Shown here: one piece after another, positions 29,550-38,937 of the stretch
Layout of the letters: each line of letters begins with the position of its first letter
Position numbering within the stretch: position 1 is the stretch's first letter
Assembly: GCA_028282585.1 (NCBI GenBank)
Contig: JANQHR010000145.1
Location: forward strand, 1-52,542
Reading direction: 5' to 3'
From: Bacteroidales bacterium
GTDB taxonomy: Bacteria; Bacteroidota; Bacteroidia; Bacteroidales; UBA12077
DNA length: 52,542 bases
Program-made: the position numbers and the translations under genes
The notes under the pieces: model-generated
What the model was told of the DNA's origin: nothing
The model's database searches: none
The model's input: only the letters and a program-made list of their open reading frames with translations

Positions 29550-32501
29550 TTACTTGGTAAAAACAAATAACCTGCTATCTCTACTTAAGGTGATTGTTTT
29601 GTCAACAATCATACTTGGGGCTTCAATATTTTCATTGTTTGCCCTAATGGCTTTGCCAGTAATCAGAACTCCAATTTTATCTTCCAAATCTATATTACGC
29701 ACCTTTTTTGCAAGTATTAATTCACCGTTAGATAACATTTTTTGTATATCAGAGTGCTGCATTTTATTATAGGGTTTGTGTTCGGAAATAATATTTTCTG
29801 TTAGCCTAGGAGCAGCGATTTGCCATAATTTATCTTCTAATGTATGGTTATCATGAATAACTTGTTGCATACTTACCGAAGTTAAACGAAGCACTGTTAC
29901 AGGCGATTCTGCAGTTACTGTTGCTGTTCTTGGAACATTTGTTAATACTGCTATTTCGCCAATTACACTTCCTTTTCCCAATATATCGATAAGCTTTTTA
30001 TTTATTGTTACTTTAACCGATCCACGAGCAACGACGTATAAACCATCTACTTGCCCATGTTCCTTTATAATTTTTTCACCTACTGTATAATTTCTATGCT
30101 GGAATAAACTTACCACTTTATTAAACGAGGTTTTATCCAGTTCTTTTAACCACTGAATTTCCTGTAATAATTTAGCTTTTTCCGGTGGTTTAATTTCCGG
30201 AGGAGAATCAACCAGTTTCTTCATTCTTTCTTCGATGCTTTCGATCATTTTATATGCTTCGTCTGAACCAATTTGTCCCTTCTTTTGAAGCCTTTCAACA
30301 ATTTTAAGCTCAGTATTCAAATTAGAACGAATTGCCTGACGGGTTGCAATTGAGTCATAAATTTCGGGGAAAGTGTTTTTAAGGTTTCTTAAAAAGGTTA
30401 ATCCATGTATTCTGTTTTCATTAATTTCACTTTCTATAGTTGCAATATCTTGATCAATTGTTAATTCTTCTGTATCAGAACTAATAGCCATACCTTCTGC
30501 TAATTTTAATGTTTCATATTGAGCTTCAACAAACCCCCTGGCCGCATCATAACTATTTGCTAATCTTTCAATAAAGAATCTTTGTGATATCTTACCTAAA
30601 ATTGGTAATGATTGGAGTTTGCTTAAAAATTTAGGTGTTTGCCATAATTGTTCGAGATCTTTTCTCTCAGAAAGAGATATTTTTCCTTCTGAGTCAATTA
30701 TTTCATTGATAGCATCTGTTAAATTTCGCACGGCAATTGGGCCTAACAGTCCTTCTTTGAATTGATTCCAATAGCTACTTTTTTCTTTTTCCAGAACACG
30801 GCGTCTAGCTTCATAAAGACTGGCAAATTTTCCTTCTTGTAATACTATTTCAACATTTTCTGGTTCTTCAGGAAGATATGTTTTTACGCTATCCCAATTA
30901 GCTCTTCCGAGAAATCTATCGTTTTTAAGTTTTTCCATAGAGTTTTCAGCAGCTGTTCTTAGATAACTTTTAGCATTTAAGATCATTTTTTGCTTGGCCG
31001 GTGGAATACTTGTTAATCCTAACTTATTTAAAAGCGCTTTTATAGTAGTTGCATTTACAAGTAAAGTCAGGGTTACTATTCCGGCGGTATAAAACAAGAA
31101 CTGGTCACGAATATGTCTATCAATTGATTCTTCTCCTGCTACAATTAGCGCTAATGCCAAACCAATTGCCCCACGAAGAGCTCCCCACCATATAACATAA
31201 GCATTTTTTTTAGATAAACCATAACCTGCTTTTTTCATTACGGGGAAGAAAATTGTTATCACAATAGCTCGGACAACATGAATTCCTATGTATAATAAAA
31301 TAAGTACAACAAAATCGTTGGCTGTAAAAACTATATTATCTGATATAACAACTCCAACAATTAAAAAAATCAATGTATTTGCTATAAATGCAAAAAGCTC
31401 CCAGAATTCATGTAAGAAATGTTCTACCTCAGGACTGATTCTTGTTCTTCCTGTGCTAGCCATTAATAATCCAAGAGAAACTAAACCTAAAACTCCGGAA
31501 ACATGTAAGAAATGTTCTGCAATATAGAACGTCATATAAGCTGCAGCCACGATTACCGTTATTTCTACTAAAGCATCATTAAATACTTTTTTTACCCAGG
31601 CAATTATTATGTAACCAACAACAAGTCCAACCAGAATTCCACCAACTGCCACTCTTAAAAATTCAACAATAGGTGAAGCGTCAGAAGCAGTTCCCGTAAT
31701 CCCTAATAAGAGAACCATGAATATTACAATTGCAGTACCATCATTTAGCATGGATTCTCCTTCCACCAGTGTTCCAAGTTTTTTACTGGCTCCAAGTTCT
31801 TTTAAAAGTGAAACAACAGCAACCGGATCGGTAGCGCTAATTACTGTTCCAAAAAGCAATGCAATAGACAAGGTCCAAGTTGTAAGTCCGATACCTAAAG
31901 CTTTTATACCTAAAACTATGATAGCCGTTAATACTAATGCAACTATAATGCCCGGAACTGCGAGTATAAAAGCATTTACAGCAGTTTTTTTAAACGTATG
32001 AACATCCATTGCGAATGCGGCCTCAAATATTAATGTCGGAAGGAAAATGTATAAAATTAAATGTGGGTCAATTTTTCCTGCCCACCCGACAGCATCACTT
32101 ATAAAAGATGTGTTTAATTTTAATCCAATGATATGCCATTCTCCAAAATATCCAAGGCGCGTTAATGCTCCTAAGATTAATCCAATCAATAGTAGCGTAA
32201 CAGTATAAGGTAAAGGGCTTTTCTTGAGCCAATGCCTAGTTCCTGAACCAATAATTAAAGCAATTATAAGAAAGAAAAGGGGACTCATATTTCCTCCATG
32301 CCCTGATTCTTTATGCCCATTTGATTGTTTTTCTTCATGAATTGCATGTTCTATATCACCTTTTTCATGATGAATTGAGGTTTCCATTCCATCTACTGGA
32401 GTAGGTTTATCTTGTACATGCTTTTGAGCAAAAATATGGTTTTGTGAAAAACTTATGCTTAAGATTAAGAGCATAAGTAAATAACGAATAGGCTTTTTCA
32501 T
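29550..32501 (-). CDS. CPA1 Na+/H+ exchanger with long cytosolic helical domain and cyclic-nucleotide-binding domain (SOS1/SLC9C-like)
   Basis: FLPTLIFE, ATDPVAV, EGESMLNDG, LRGAIGLAL; CNBD GEIAVL...PRTATV. Confidence 0.9.
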   Translation of the reverse strand: MKKPIRYLLMLLILSISFSQNHIFAQKHVQDKPTPVDGMETSIHHEKGDIEHAIHEEKQSNGHKESGHGGNMSPLFFLIIALIIGSGTRHWLKKSPLPYTVTLLLIGLILGALTRLGYFGEWHIIGLKLNTSFISDAVGWAGKIDPHLILYIFLPTLIFEAAFAMDVHTFKKTAVNAFILAVPGIIVALVLTAIIVLGIKALGIGLTTWTLSIALLFGTVISATDPVAVVSLLKELGASKKLGTLVEGESMLNDGTAIVIFMVLLLGITGTASDASPIVEFLRVAVGGILVGLVVGYIIIAWVKKVFNDALVEITVIVAAAYMTFYIAEHFLHVSGVLGLVSLGLLMASTGRTRISPEVEHFLHEFWELFAFIANTLIFLIVGVVISDNIVFTANDFVVLILLYIGIHVVRAIVITIFFPVMKKAGYGLSKKNAYVIWWGALRGAIGLALALIVAGEESIDRHIRDQFLFYTAGIVTLTLLVNATTIKALLNKLGLTSIPPAKQKMILNAKSYLRTAAENSMEKLKNDRFLGRANWDSVKTYLPEEPENVEIVLQEGKFASLYEARRRVLEKEKSSYWNQFKEGLLGPIAVRNLTDAINEIIDSEGKISLSERKDLEQLWQTPKFLSKLQSLPILGKISQRFFIERLANSYDAARGFVEAQYETLKLAEGMAISSDTEELTIDQDIATIESEINENRIHGLTFLRNLKNTFPEIYDSIATRQAIRSNLNTELKIVERLQKKGQIGSDEAYKMIESIEERMKKLVDSPPEIKPPEKAKLLQEIQWLKELDKTSFNKVVSLFQHRNYTVGEKIIKEHGQVDGLYVVARGSVKVTINKKLIDILGKGSVIGEIAVLTNVPRTATVTAESPVTVLRLTSVSMQQVIHDNHTLEDKLWQIAAPRLTENIISEHKPYNKMQHSDIQKMLSNGELILAKKVRNIDLEDKIGVLITGKAIRANNENIEAPSMIVDKTITLSRDSRLFVFTK

Positions 32502-32682
32502 TGGTTCCGGGTTAAAATTTTAAAACCCAAGATACAAAAAAATATCCTAAAAAATTAAAAGCTAATCTCAAAAAGCTTTTTAATATTTTATATTAATCTC
32601 TTTGATGAATCCTAAATTACAAAGAAGAATGCTTATGAGATTAGCAATGAAGGCTACTGGTAACCTCTTATCTTATATTAGT

Positions 32683-33249
32683 TTAATCCACCTGAATATG
32701 CCCCCAATTTTCACCTCGTCTTATCCTGTTTAATTGAGTGTGCGTTATTCCAAACTCTTTAGCTAATTTATATAGTTTGTTTTTTCCTCGTTTAAGTTTT
32801 TTCTTTAAACGTATAACGTCGGTTTCTGTTAACTTTGCATAATTAATGGCACCACGTTTATAGTTTGGATTGATCTTCTGATGGGCAAACATAGTTTCCT
32901 GTGTTACCCATTTTAAATTATCCGTATGGTTGTTACTTTTATCAAAGTCAAGATGTATAACGTAATTTTGAAGATCATTATCCCTAGGAATAAAAGTTTC
33001 AGCAACTAATTTATGTATATACTTTGTTGTTCTTTTTTCAGTTTCTAGCTTAATATTTAAGATTTTGTAACCTTTTAAGGTAGAGCCTTTTATAATAGAG
33101 CCTTCAATTTTATTTACCTTATAACTTTTAATTCTACCATAATTAGATATGGCATACTTTTCGTTAGCAGCCATCCCATTAATTTGCAATGGTTTCCAAA
33201 CTTCACCTATAAGTTCTTGATGTACGGTGTTCAAATTTTGATTGTTCAT
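32683..33249 (-). CDS. NUMOD4 + HNH-like + HTH protein
   Basis: EVWKP, YAISNYGRIKS (NUMOD4); HKLVAETF...HLDFDKSNN..NLKWVT; AKLTE...LAKEFGI HTH. Confidence 0.82.
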   Translation of the reverse strand: MNNQNLNTVHQELIGEVWKPLQINGMAANEKYAISNYGRIKSYKVNKIEGSIIKGSTLKGYKILNIKLETEKRTTKYIHKLVAETFIPRDNDLQNYVIHLDFDKSNNHTDNLKWVTQETMFAHQKINPNYKRGAINYAKLTETDVIRLKKKLKRGKNKLYKLAKEFGITHTQLNRIRRGENWGHIQVD

Positions 33250-33361
33250 TCTTAAAGATACATTTGCGGTAATGCATACACATAATAGACTACAAATAAT
33301 ATTATTGGTTTAATATTAAACGAAGAAAGAGATTAAATATTTCTAAAATTTTGTTAAGAAA

Positions 33362-34090
33362 TTAATTCTTACACGCTTTTACAAGAAAGGGTAATACATG
33401 AGGTTTTTGTTCTAATGTGGTACCGACAACAATAATATCTGCACCGGCAAATGTTGCTTTTTTGATATCATCTTCTGTTCTGAATCCACCTCCAACAATT
33501 AAAGGGATGCTAATATTTTTCTTTACATTCGTTATCATTCCCAAATTAACTACATTATTAGCTCCACTTCCTGCTTCTAAATAAATATATTTTAATCCAA
33601 GCATTTCACCAGCAATGGCGGTTGCAACAGCAATGTCTATTTTATCGGAAGGAATTGGTTTTGTATTGCTCATGTATTCAACCGAAGTAGTTTTCCCACC
33701 TTCAATTAATATATAACCGGTTGGTAAAACCTCTAAATTACTCCTCTTGATGTGAGAAGATGCAATCACATGGTTTCCAATTAGTAAATCGGGATTTCTT
33801 CCTGAAATTAACGATAAAAGAAGAATTGCATCAGCTTTATTTGATATTTGCAGGAGGTTACCAGGGAAAAGCAAAGTCGGAATTTTAGAAATGGATTTGA
33901 TAATTTCTATTGAAGAACCGATATCATTATTTAGCAAACTTCCTCCAACAAGAATTAAATCAACGCCAGAGTCATTAGCATTTTTACAAAGATCAATTAG
34001 AGATTTGGTTGTATGCTTATCAGGATCTATTAATAAAGCGAAAAGTTTTTTTTTGTTGGCAATGCTTTTACTGATAAAATCTGAAATCAT
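33362..34090 (-). CDS. Geranylgeranylglyceryl-phosphate synthase family (PcrB/GGGPS, group II)
   Basis: LIDPDK, VGGS, LFPG, SLISGRNP, YLEAGSGA, VGGG. Confidence 0.9.
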   Translation of the reverse strand: MISDFISKSIANKKKLFALLIDPDKHTTKSLIDLCKNANDSGVDLILVGGSLLNNDIGSSIEIIKSISKIPTLLFPGNLLQISNKADAILLLSLISGRNPDLLIGNHVIASSHIKRSNLEVLPTGYILIEGGKTTSVEYMSNTKPIPSDKIDIAVATAIAGEMLGLKYIYLEAGSGANNVVNLGMITNVKKNISIPLIVGGGFRTEDDIKKATFAGADIIVVGTTLEQKPHVLPFLVKACKN

Positions 34091-34144
34091 TTCCTGAAAT
34101 TTGCTTAATGTAATTAAAAGTAATAAAATTTGTTAAGTATGACT

Positions 34145-34777
34145 TTATTTATAACACCAAACTATAGAGTAATTTTTAAGCGTAAAGTAATTTAAGCTGA
34201 ATTTTTCGTTCATGTAACTATTATTTACAGTTCCTGTGATAATACCTCTTTCTTTTGGTTTAAATGGTTCAATGCTCAGGTTTGTTACAAAGTTTATATC
34301 AACTTTATCACAGATCTTGTATAGTGCTTCTTTTGCACACCAATGCAAATACAAATGATATAATTCCTGGTCTTTTTCTATGTGCTCCAATTCTTCAGGA
34401 CGTAGAAATTTGTCAGCTATTCTTAATATTTTACTAGCCATAAATTCCAGATCCAGACCAACTCTTTTCTTTTTACTCATTAAGATTGCAGTAAAATTTT
34501 TTGAATGTGATATACTAATGTTAAATGAATTATTGTGCAAATATGGTTTCCTTTCCGGTCCGTACACGATTTTTCCATCCTTACCAAGCATTTCTTTAAG
34601 TAAAGTTCTTACACTTAACCACTCAAGCTTTCTTTGATGATTTTTAAAGCTTTCAACCGTGGTTATATCTTTATCATCTAGTATAAGTTTTGATCTTAAT
34701 GTGTTATAATCTTCGGTAATTTCCCAAATGCCGAACTCAACGTCATCATTAAAATGTTCTCTAATAATCAATCCCAT
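34145..34777 (-). CDS. Sfp-type 4'-phosphopantetheinyl transferase
   Basis: KPY, ISISHS, GLDLE, WCAKEALYK; probable start MGLII at 34777. Confidence 0.88.
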   Translation of the reverse strand: MGLIIREHFNDDVEFGIWEITEDYNTLRSKLILDDKDITTVESFKNHQRKLEWLSVRTLLKEMLGKDGKIVYGPERKPYLHNNSFNISISHSKNFTAILMSKKKRVGLDLEFMASKILRIADKFLRPEELEHIEKDQELYHLYLHWCAKEALYKICDKVDINFVTNLSIEPFKPKERGIITGTVNNSYMNEKFSLNYFTLKNYSIVWCYK

Positions 34778-34788
34778 CTTCAAGCAAA

Positions 34789-35376
34789 TTATTTCCACTC
34801 AAGTGATTCAATCAATCTTATGATATCTTTTTTAACAAAATTCAAAACAGGAGCTAATGAATCTTTATTAGGAGCAACGTTAAAATATAAAGCTCCTCTC
34901 AAATAATGATTTGTACTGTCAGTTAAAAAAAATTGTACTGATGAGGCAGCATTACCTTCAATCTCATACAAAATACCAAAAACATTCTTTTCCGGTTTAA
35001 TAAACATTCTTTCGTTTATAGCATCCGCTTTTATAGTGTGTTTATAGGCCAATTTTCTCGTATCTTCAAGAATCTGTTCAATATTATTATTAATATCTTT
35101 ATAACTGATATGTATTTTTCCATTTAAATCTGGATATTCAATATTTATCCAATACTTTTCTGCAGCTTTGGTTCTGTCTTCTGCAATTTTAGTATACGCA
35201 GGATAATCAAATTTATACGGAAAAGTTGTGTCAAATCGAGTATAATTCTTGTCGGGTAGATCTATTCTAAAATATCCTCTTGGTTTTGGGGTGTAGTTTC
35301 TTTTACATCCGCTTAAAATAATTAAGCCAACAATTGCAAACACACCAATGTATGTTAAACTACGCGATTTATACAT
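34789..35376 (-). CDS. gldD: Gliding motility lipoprotein GldD
   Basis: Lipobox LSGC, PKPRGYFRI, QFFLTDS..HYLRGALYF..PN.DS; follows gldE. Confidence 0.88.
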   Translation of the reverse strand: MYKSRSLTYIGVFAIVGLIILSGCKRNYTPKPRGYFRIDLPDKNYTRFDTTFPYKFDYPAYTKIAEDRTKAAEKYWINIEYPDLNGKIHISYKDINNNIEQILEDTRKLAYKHTIKADAINERMFIKPEKNVFGILYEIEGNAASSVQFFLTDSTNHYLRGALYFNVAPNKDSLAPVLNFVKKDIIRLIESLEWK

Positions 35377-35385
35377 TTAATTTGA

Positions 35386-36708
35386 TTATTTGTTAATCGT
35401 TACCCTGATTTGTTTAATCCTTCTTTTATCAACAGATTCGATAGTAAAGGTAAGATTTTTAAAATCAATTTTTTTGCTTTTGGCAGGTATTTCACCTGTT
35501 AACTCCAGAATTATACCTGCAACGGTATCTGCATCACCTTTTACATCTTCGAACAAATCATCATCAATATCAACTATTTTTAAAAAGTCGTTTAAAAGAG
35601 TTTTTCCTTCAAAAATATATGTATTTTCGTTTATCTGAGAATAAATGATTTCGTCTTCATCAGATTCATCGGTAATTTCACCGACAATTTCTTCTAAAAC
35701 ATCTTCTAAAGTTACAATACCACTTGTTCCGCCATATTCATCTATTACAATTGCCATATGTATTTTGTTCGCTTGAAACTCTTGAAGTAAATCATTAATT
35801 TTCTTGTTTTCAGGCACAAAATAAGGAGGTCTGATTAACGATTGCCATTTAAATCCATCGTTTTCATCAAAATGAGGTAGTAAATCCTTTATAAATAAAA
35901 TACCTTTAACATTATCAAAAGTTTCACTATAAACGGGGATTCTAGAATGTCCTGATTCGATAATATAACCGATCAGCTCTTTAAATTTGGTTTCAACTTC
36001 AACTGCAAAAACATCAACACGGGATTTCATAATTTCTTTAGCATCAATATTTCCAAATTTTACTATACCCTTTAGTATGTTTTCATCTTCTGTAATTTGA
36101 TTAGTAGTTAGGTTCAGAGCTTGAGAAAGATCATCAATTGTTATGTTTTGTTTGATATTGGCTAATTTTTTACCAATAATTGATGTAGTATTAACCATTA
36201 AATTACTAAAAGGGTGAAGGATTTTATCAAATATGATTATTAAAATAGCTGTTCTGCGTGCAAACTTTTTAGGTTTGTTTTTTGCATAAAATTTCGGAAA
36301 TACTTCACCAAAAAGTAGTAATATAAATGCTATAAAAGAAATTTGAATAATAAATCCAAGCGTTAGAATATTAGAAAAATCAAAAATTTGATTTAATAAA
36401 ATACCCATTGCTAATATAAAACAAACATTAACAAAACCATTGGCAATAGTAATTGTCGCAAGAAATTTCTTTGGCTTATTAAGATGACGAATTATTAACC
36501 GGCTTCTAACATCAGATTGTTTTTCGGTTTCTTTAATATCTTCCGATTTAAGACTAAAGTAAGCTATCTCAGCTCCAGATAACATAGCTGAGATAAGTAC
36601 AAGTACAATAGCAATTAATATATTAACAATAGAAAATATATCAAGTGAATGAATAACAATTCTTGATAAAAATACCAAAATAAACGGGGATGGTTCTGAA
36701 GGTTCCAA
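35386..36708 (-). CDS. gldE: Gliding motility-associated GldE (CNNM/CBS/CorC)
   Basis: SGAEIAYFSL, GEVFPK, HSRIPVY, DEYGGTSGIVTLED..EEIVGEI; ssb-gldE-gldD order. Confidence 0.85.
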   Translation of the reverse strand: MEPSEPSPFILVFLSRIVIHSLDIFSIVNILIAIVLVLISAMLSGAEIAYFSLKSEDIKETEKQSDVRSRLIIRHLNKPKKFLATITIANGFVNVCFILAMGILLNQIFDFSNILTLGFIIQISFIAFILLLFGEVFPKFYAKNKPKKFARRTAILIIIFDKILHPFSNLMVNTTSIIGKKLANIKQNITIDDLSQALNLTTNQITEDENILKGIVKFGNIDAKEIMKSRVDVFAVEVETKFKELIGYIIESGHSRIPVYSETFDNVKGILFIKDLLPHFDENDGFKWQSLIRPPYFVPENKKINDLLQEFQANKIHMAIVIDEYGGTSGIVTLEDVLEEIVGEITDESDEDEIIYSQINENTYIFEGKTLLNDFLKIVDIDDDLFEDVKGDADTVAGIILELTGEIPAKSKKIDFKNLTFTIESVDKRRIKQIRVTINK

Positions 36709-36733
36709 CTACAGATGGTTTAAGTTCTACAAA

Positions 36734-37153
36734 TTAAAATGGTAAATCGTCTTCTTCAGGGATGTTTCCAATATCAATTCCATTACTATTTTCAGGTGTA
36801 GATGCAGCAGTTTCTTCCTGACTTTGTCTGGAACCAAGCATTTGCATATTGTCTGCAATAATTTCAGTGGTATATCTTTTGTTTCCATCTTTATCTTCCC
36901 ATGATCTGGTTCTGATTTTTCCTTCGATATAAAGAGGATTACCTTTTTTAACATACTTTTCAGCGACTTCTGCTAAACCTCTCCAAAGTACAATGTTGTG
37001 CCATTCAGTGTTTGTAACCTTTTGACCTTCTTTGTTTCGGTATGTTTCACTCGTTGCTAGAGGAAAAGTTGTTACTGCAACTCCACTATCAAGATGACGA
37101 ACTTCAGGATCTTTACCAACATTCCCTACCAGGATAACTTTGTTAATTCCCAT
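36734..37153 (-). CDS. ssb: Single-stranded DNA-binding protein
   Basis: [19 protein letters not shown]-terminal DDLPF. Confidence 0.97.
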   Translation of the reverse strand: MGINKVILVGNVGKDPEVRHLDSGVAVTTFPLATSETYRNKEGQKVTNTEWHNIVLWRGLAEVAEKYVKKGNPLYIEGKIRTRSWEDKDGNKRYTTEIIADNMQMLGSRQSQEETAASTPENSNGIDIGNIPEEDDLPF

Positions 37154-37226
37154 AATAATTTTTAAGTTTATTAAATTAATACGAATGTAAAGGTATAAAT
37201 TTTTAAAGAACAGCCAAAGCTAATAA

Positions 37227-38282
37227 TTATTTGTTAATTTCCTTGAAATAATTCTCTATAAGCTTAGGTATTCCAAGTGTTGAGAGTTGTTCAATATCGA
37301 TTTTCATATATTTTTTAAGTAAGTAAGAATTAGTTTTATTTATCTTCACTCTATAAAATGTAGTGTTTAATTTTTGATGTGATAATATATGTTTTTTTTC
37401 AATGAAGTCAATATCAATTTCAGGCTTAGTACCTTGGAAAATGTCTTTCCATTCATTGGTCTGTTCAAGTTCCAGGATAGTTAATTTTTTATTTGTTTCA
37501 ATTAAAGGTAGTTGATAAAGTAATTTCCATATATCATTATTGGTTCGTTGCTCCATAAAAGTTTGTTTCTTATAGGTTATATAAAGATAATTGAAATACC
37601 TTATTTGCTGTTTTACTTTTTGTTTTTTTAGAGGTAAATCCGAGACCAGATTATTATTGTATGCAAAACATATTGTATTAAATAGACAAGTTTTACAATC
37701 CGGGTTACTGGGAATACATTGTAAAGCTCCAAACTCCATAATAGCTTGATTGAAAGATCCAGGATCTTCTTTTGGTATTAGTTCATATAGTTTTTGTTTA
37801 AATTTCTTTTTTCCTTTGTTGGTTTGTGTTGATTCAGAAATTCCAAATAATCGGGCAATAACCCTAAAAACATTTCCATCTAAAACAGGAGTTTGTTCAT
37901 TAAAGGAAATAGAGGCAATAGCACTTGCAGTGTAATCACCAATTCCCTTAAATTTTAGTAATTCATCATAACTTGAAGGAAATTTACCTTTATATTCTGA
38001 TGTTATTATTTGAGCTGTATGGTGCATATTTCTTGCGCGCGAATAATAGCCTAATCCCTGCCAAACCTTGAGCAGTTCTTCGATTTTAGCTTTTGATAAA
38101 GCTTTAATATCAGGGAATCTTTCAATGAATTTATAGTAATAATCTAATCCTTGATTTACCCTTGTTTGCTGCAATATTATTTCTGAAACCCAGACGTTAT
38201 AAGGATTTTTCGTATCGCGCCATGGAAGATCTCTTTTATTGTATGAGTACCACTCTATAAGGTTTTCACTTATATTCATCAT
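37227..38282 (-). CDS. mutY: A/G-specific adenine glycosylase
   Basis: RDLPWR, SEIILQQT, WQGLGYYSRARN, HhH, DGNV.R, Cys4 Fe-S motif. Confidence 0.95.
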   Translation of the reverse strand: MMNISENLIEWYSYNKRDLPWRDTKNPYNVWVSEIILQQTRVNQGLDYYYKFIERFPDIKALSKAKIEELLKVWQGLGYYSRARNMHHTAQIITSEYKGKFPSSYDELLKFKGIGDYTASAIASISFNEQTPVLDGNVFRVIARLFGISESTQTNKGKKKFKQKLYELIPKEDPGSFNQAIMEFGALQCIPSNPDCKTCLFNTICFAYNNNLVSDLPLKKQKVKQQIRYFNYLYITYKKQTFMEQRTNNDIWKLLYQLPLIETNKKLTILELEQTNEWKDIFQGTKPEIDIDFIEKKHILSHQKLNTTFYRVKINKTNSYLLKKYMKIDIEQLSTLGIPKLIENYFKEINK

Positions 38283-38358
38283 AATTACCGAACAAAATAA
38301 TTTTCAATTAATTGACAAATTTAACCGAATTGTGTTTTATTAATCGAAAGAAATCATT

Positions 38359-38366
38359 TATATTTG
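38359..38366 (+). promoter_or_regulatory. -7 element for HU-bS22-rne
   Basis: TATATTTG. Confidence 0.65.
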
Positions 38367-38419
38367 CAGTTCAAATTATGTAAATGATCTAAAATATTGA
38401 TAATTAAAGTTTTTAAAAA

Positions 38420-38707
38420 ATGACAAAAGCAGATATCGTTAACGAAATTTCAAAAAACACAGGAATCGAAAAAATAACTGTGCAAAAGACAGTTGAAGCA
38501 TTCATGGAAACCATAAAGGATTCATTAGTAAATGATAAGAATGTTTATTTAAGAGGTTTTGGTAGCTTTATCGTTAAGAAGAGAGCTGAAAAAACTGCTA
38601 GGAATATTTCTAAGAATACTACTATTATTATTCCAGAGCATTTTATTCCTTCATTCAAACCTTCAAAAAGATTTGTAACTAAGGTAAAAAATAACGTTAA
38701 GCGTTAA
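38420..38707 (+). CDS. HU/IHF family DNA-binding protein
   Basis: MTKADIV, LRGFGSF, ARN, PSFKPS. Confidence 0.95.
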   Translation: MTKADIVNEISKNTGIEKITVQKTVEAFMETIKDSLVNDKNVYLRGFGSFIVKKRAEKTARNISKNTTIIIPEHFIPSFKPSKRFVTKVKNNVKR

Positions 38708-38738
38708 TTTGAATAAGTTAAATTAAATAATTGAGATT

Positions 38739-38828
38739 ATGCCAAGCGGAAAGAAGAGAAAAAGACATAAGATGGCAACTCATAAGCGAAAAAAACGCTT
38801 AAGAAAAAATCGTCACAAAAAGAAATAG
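38739..38828 (+). CDS. Small basic 30S ribosomal protein bS22-like (not in ORF track)
   Basis: Hand translation MPSGKKRKRHKMATHKRKKRLRKNRHKKK (29 aa). Confidence 0.85.
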   Translation: MPSGKKRKRHKMATHKRKKRLRKNRHKKK

Positions 38829-38937
38829 GATTAACAATCCTTACCATTTAATAATTTGAACCTATCGAAGTATATCTTCTTTAGGTTTAAGTTGTTTTAT
38901 GTAACTAATTAGTATTACTAAATTTGAAGTAGGAAAA

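Noticed and set aside
32683-33249. Active mobile homing endonuclease, intron or prophage remnant
   Set aside because: No interrupted host gene, phage genes or terminal repeats; metal ligands appear lost
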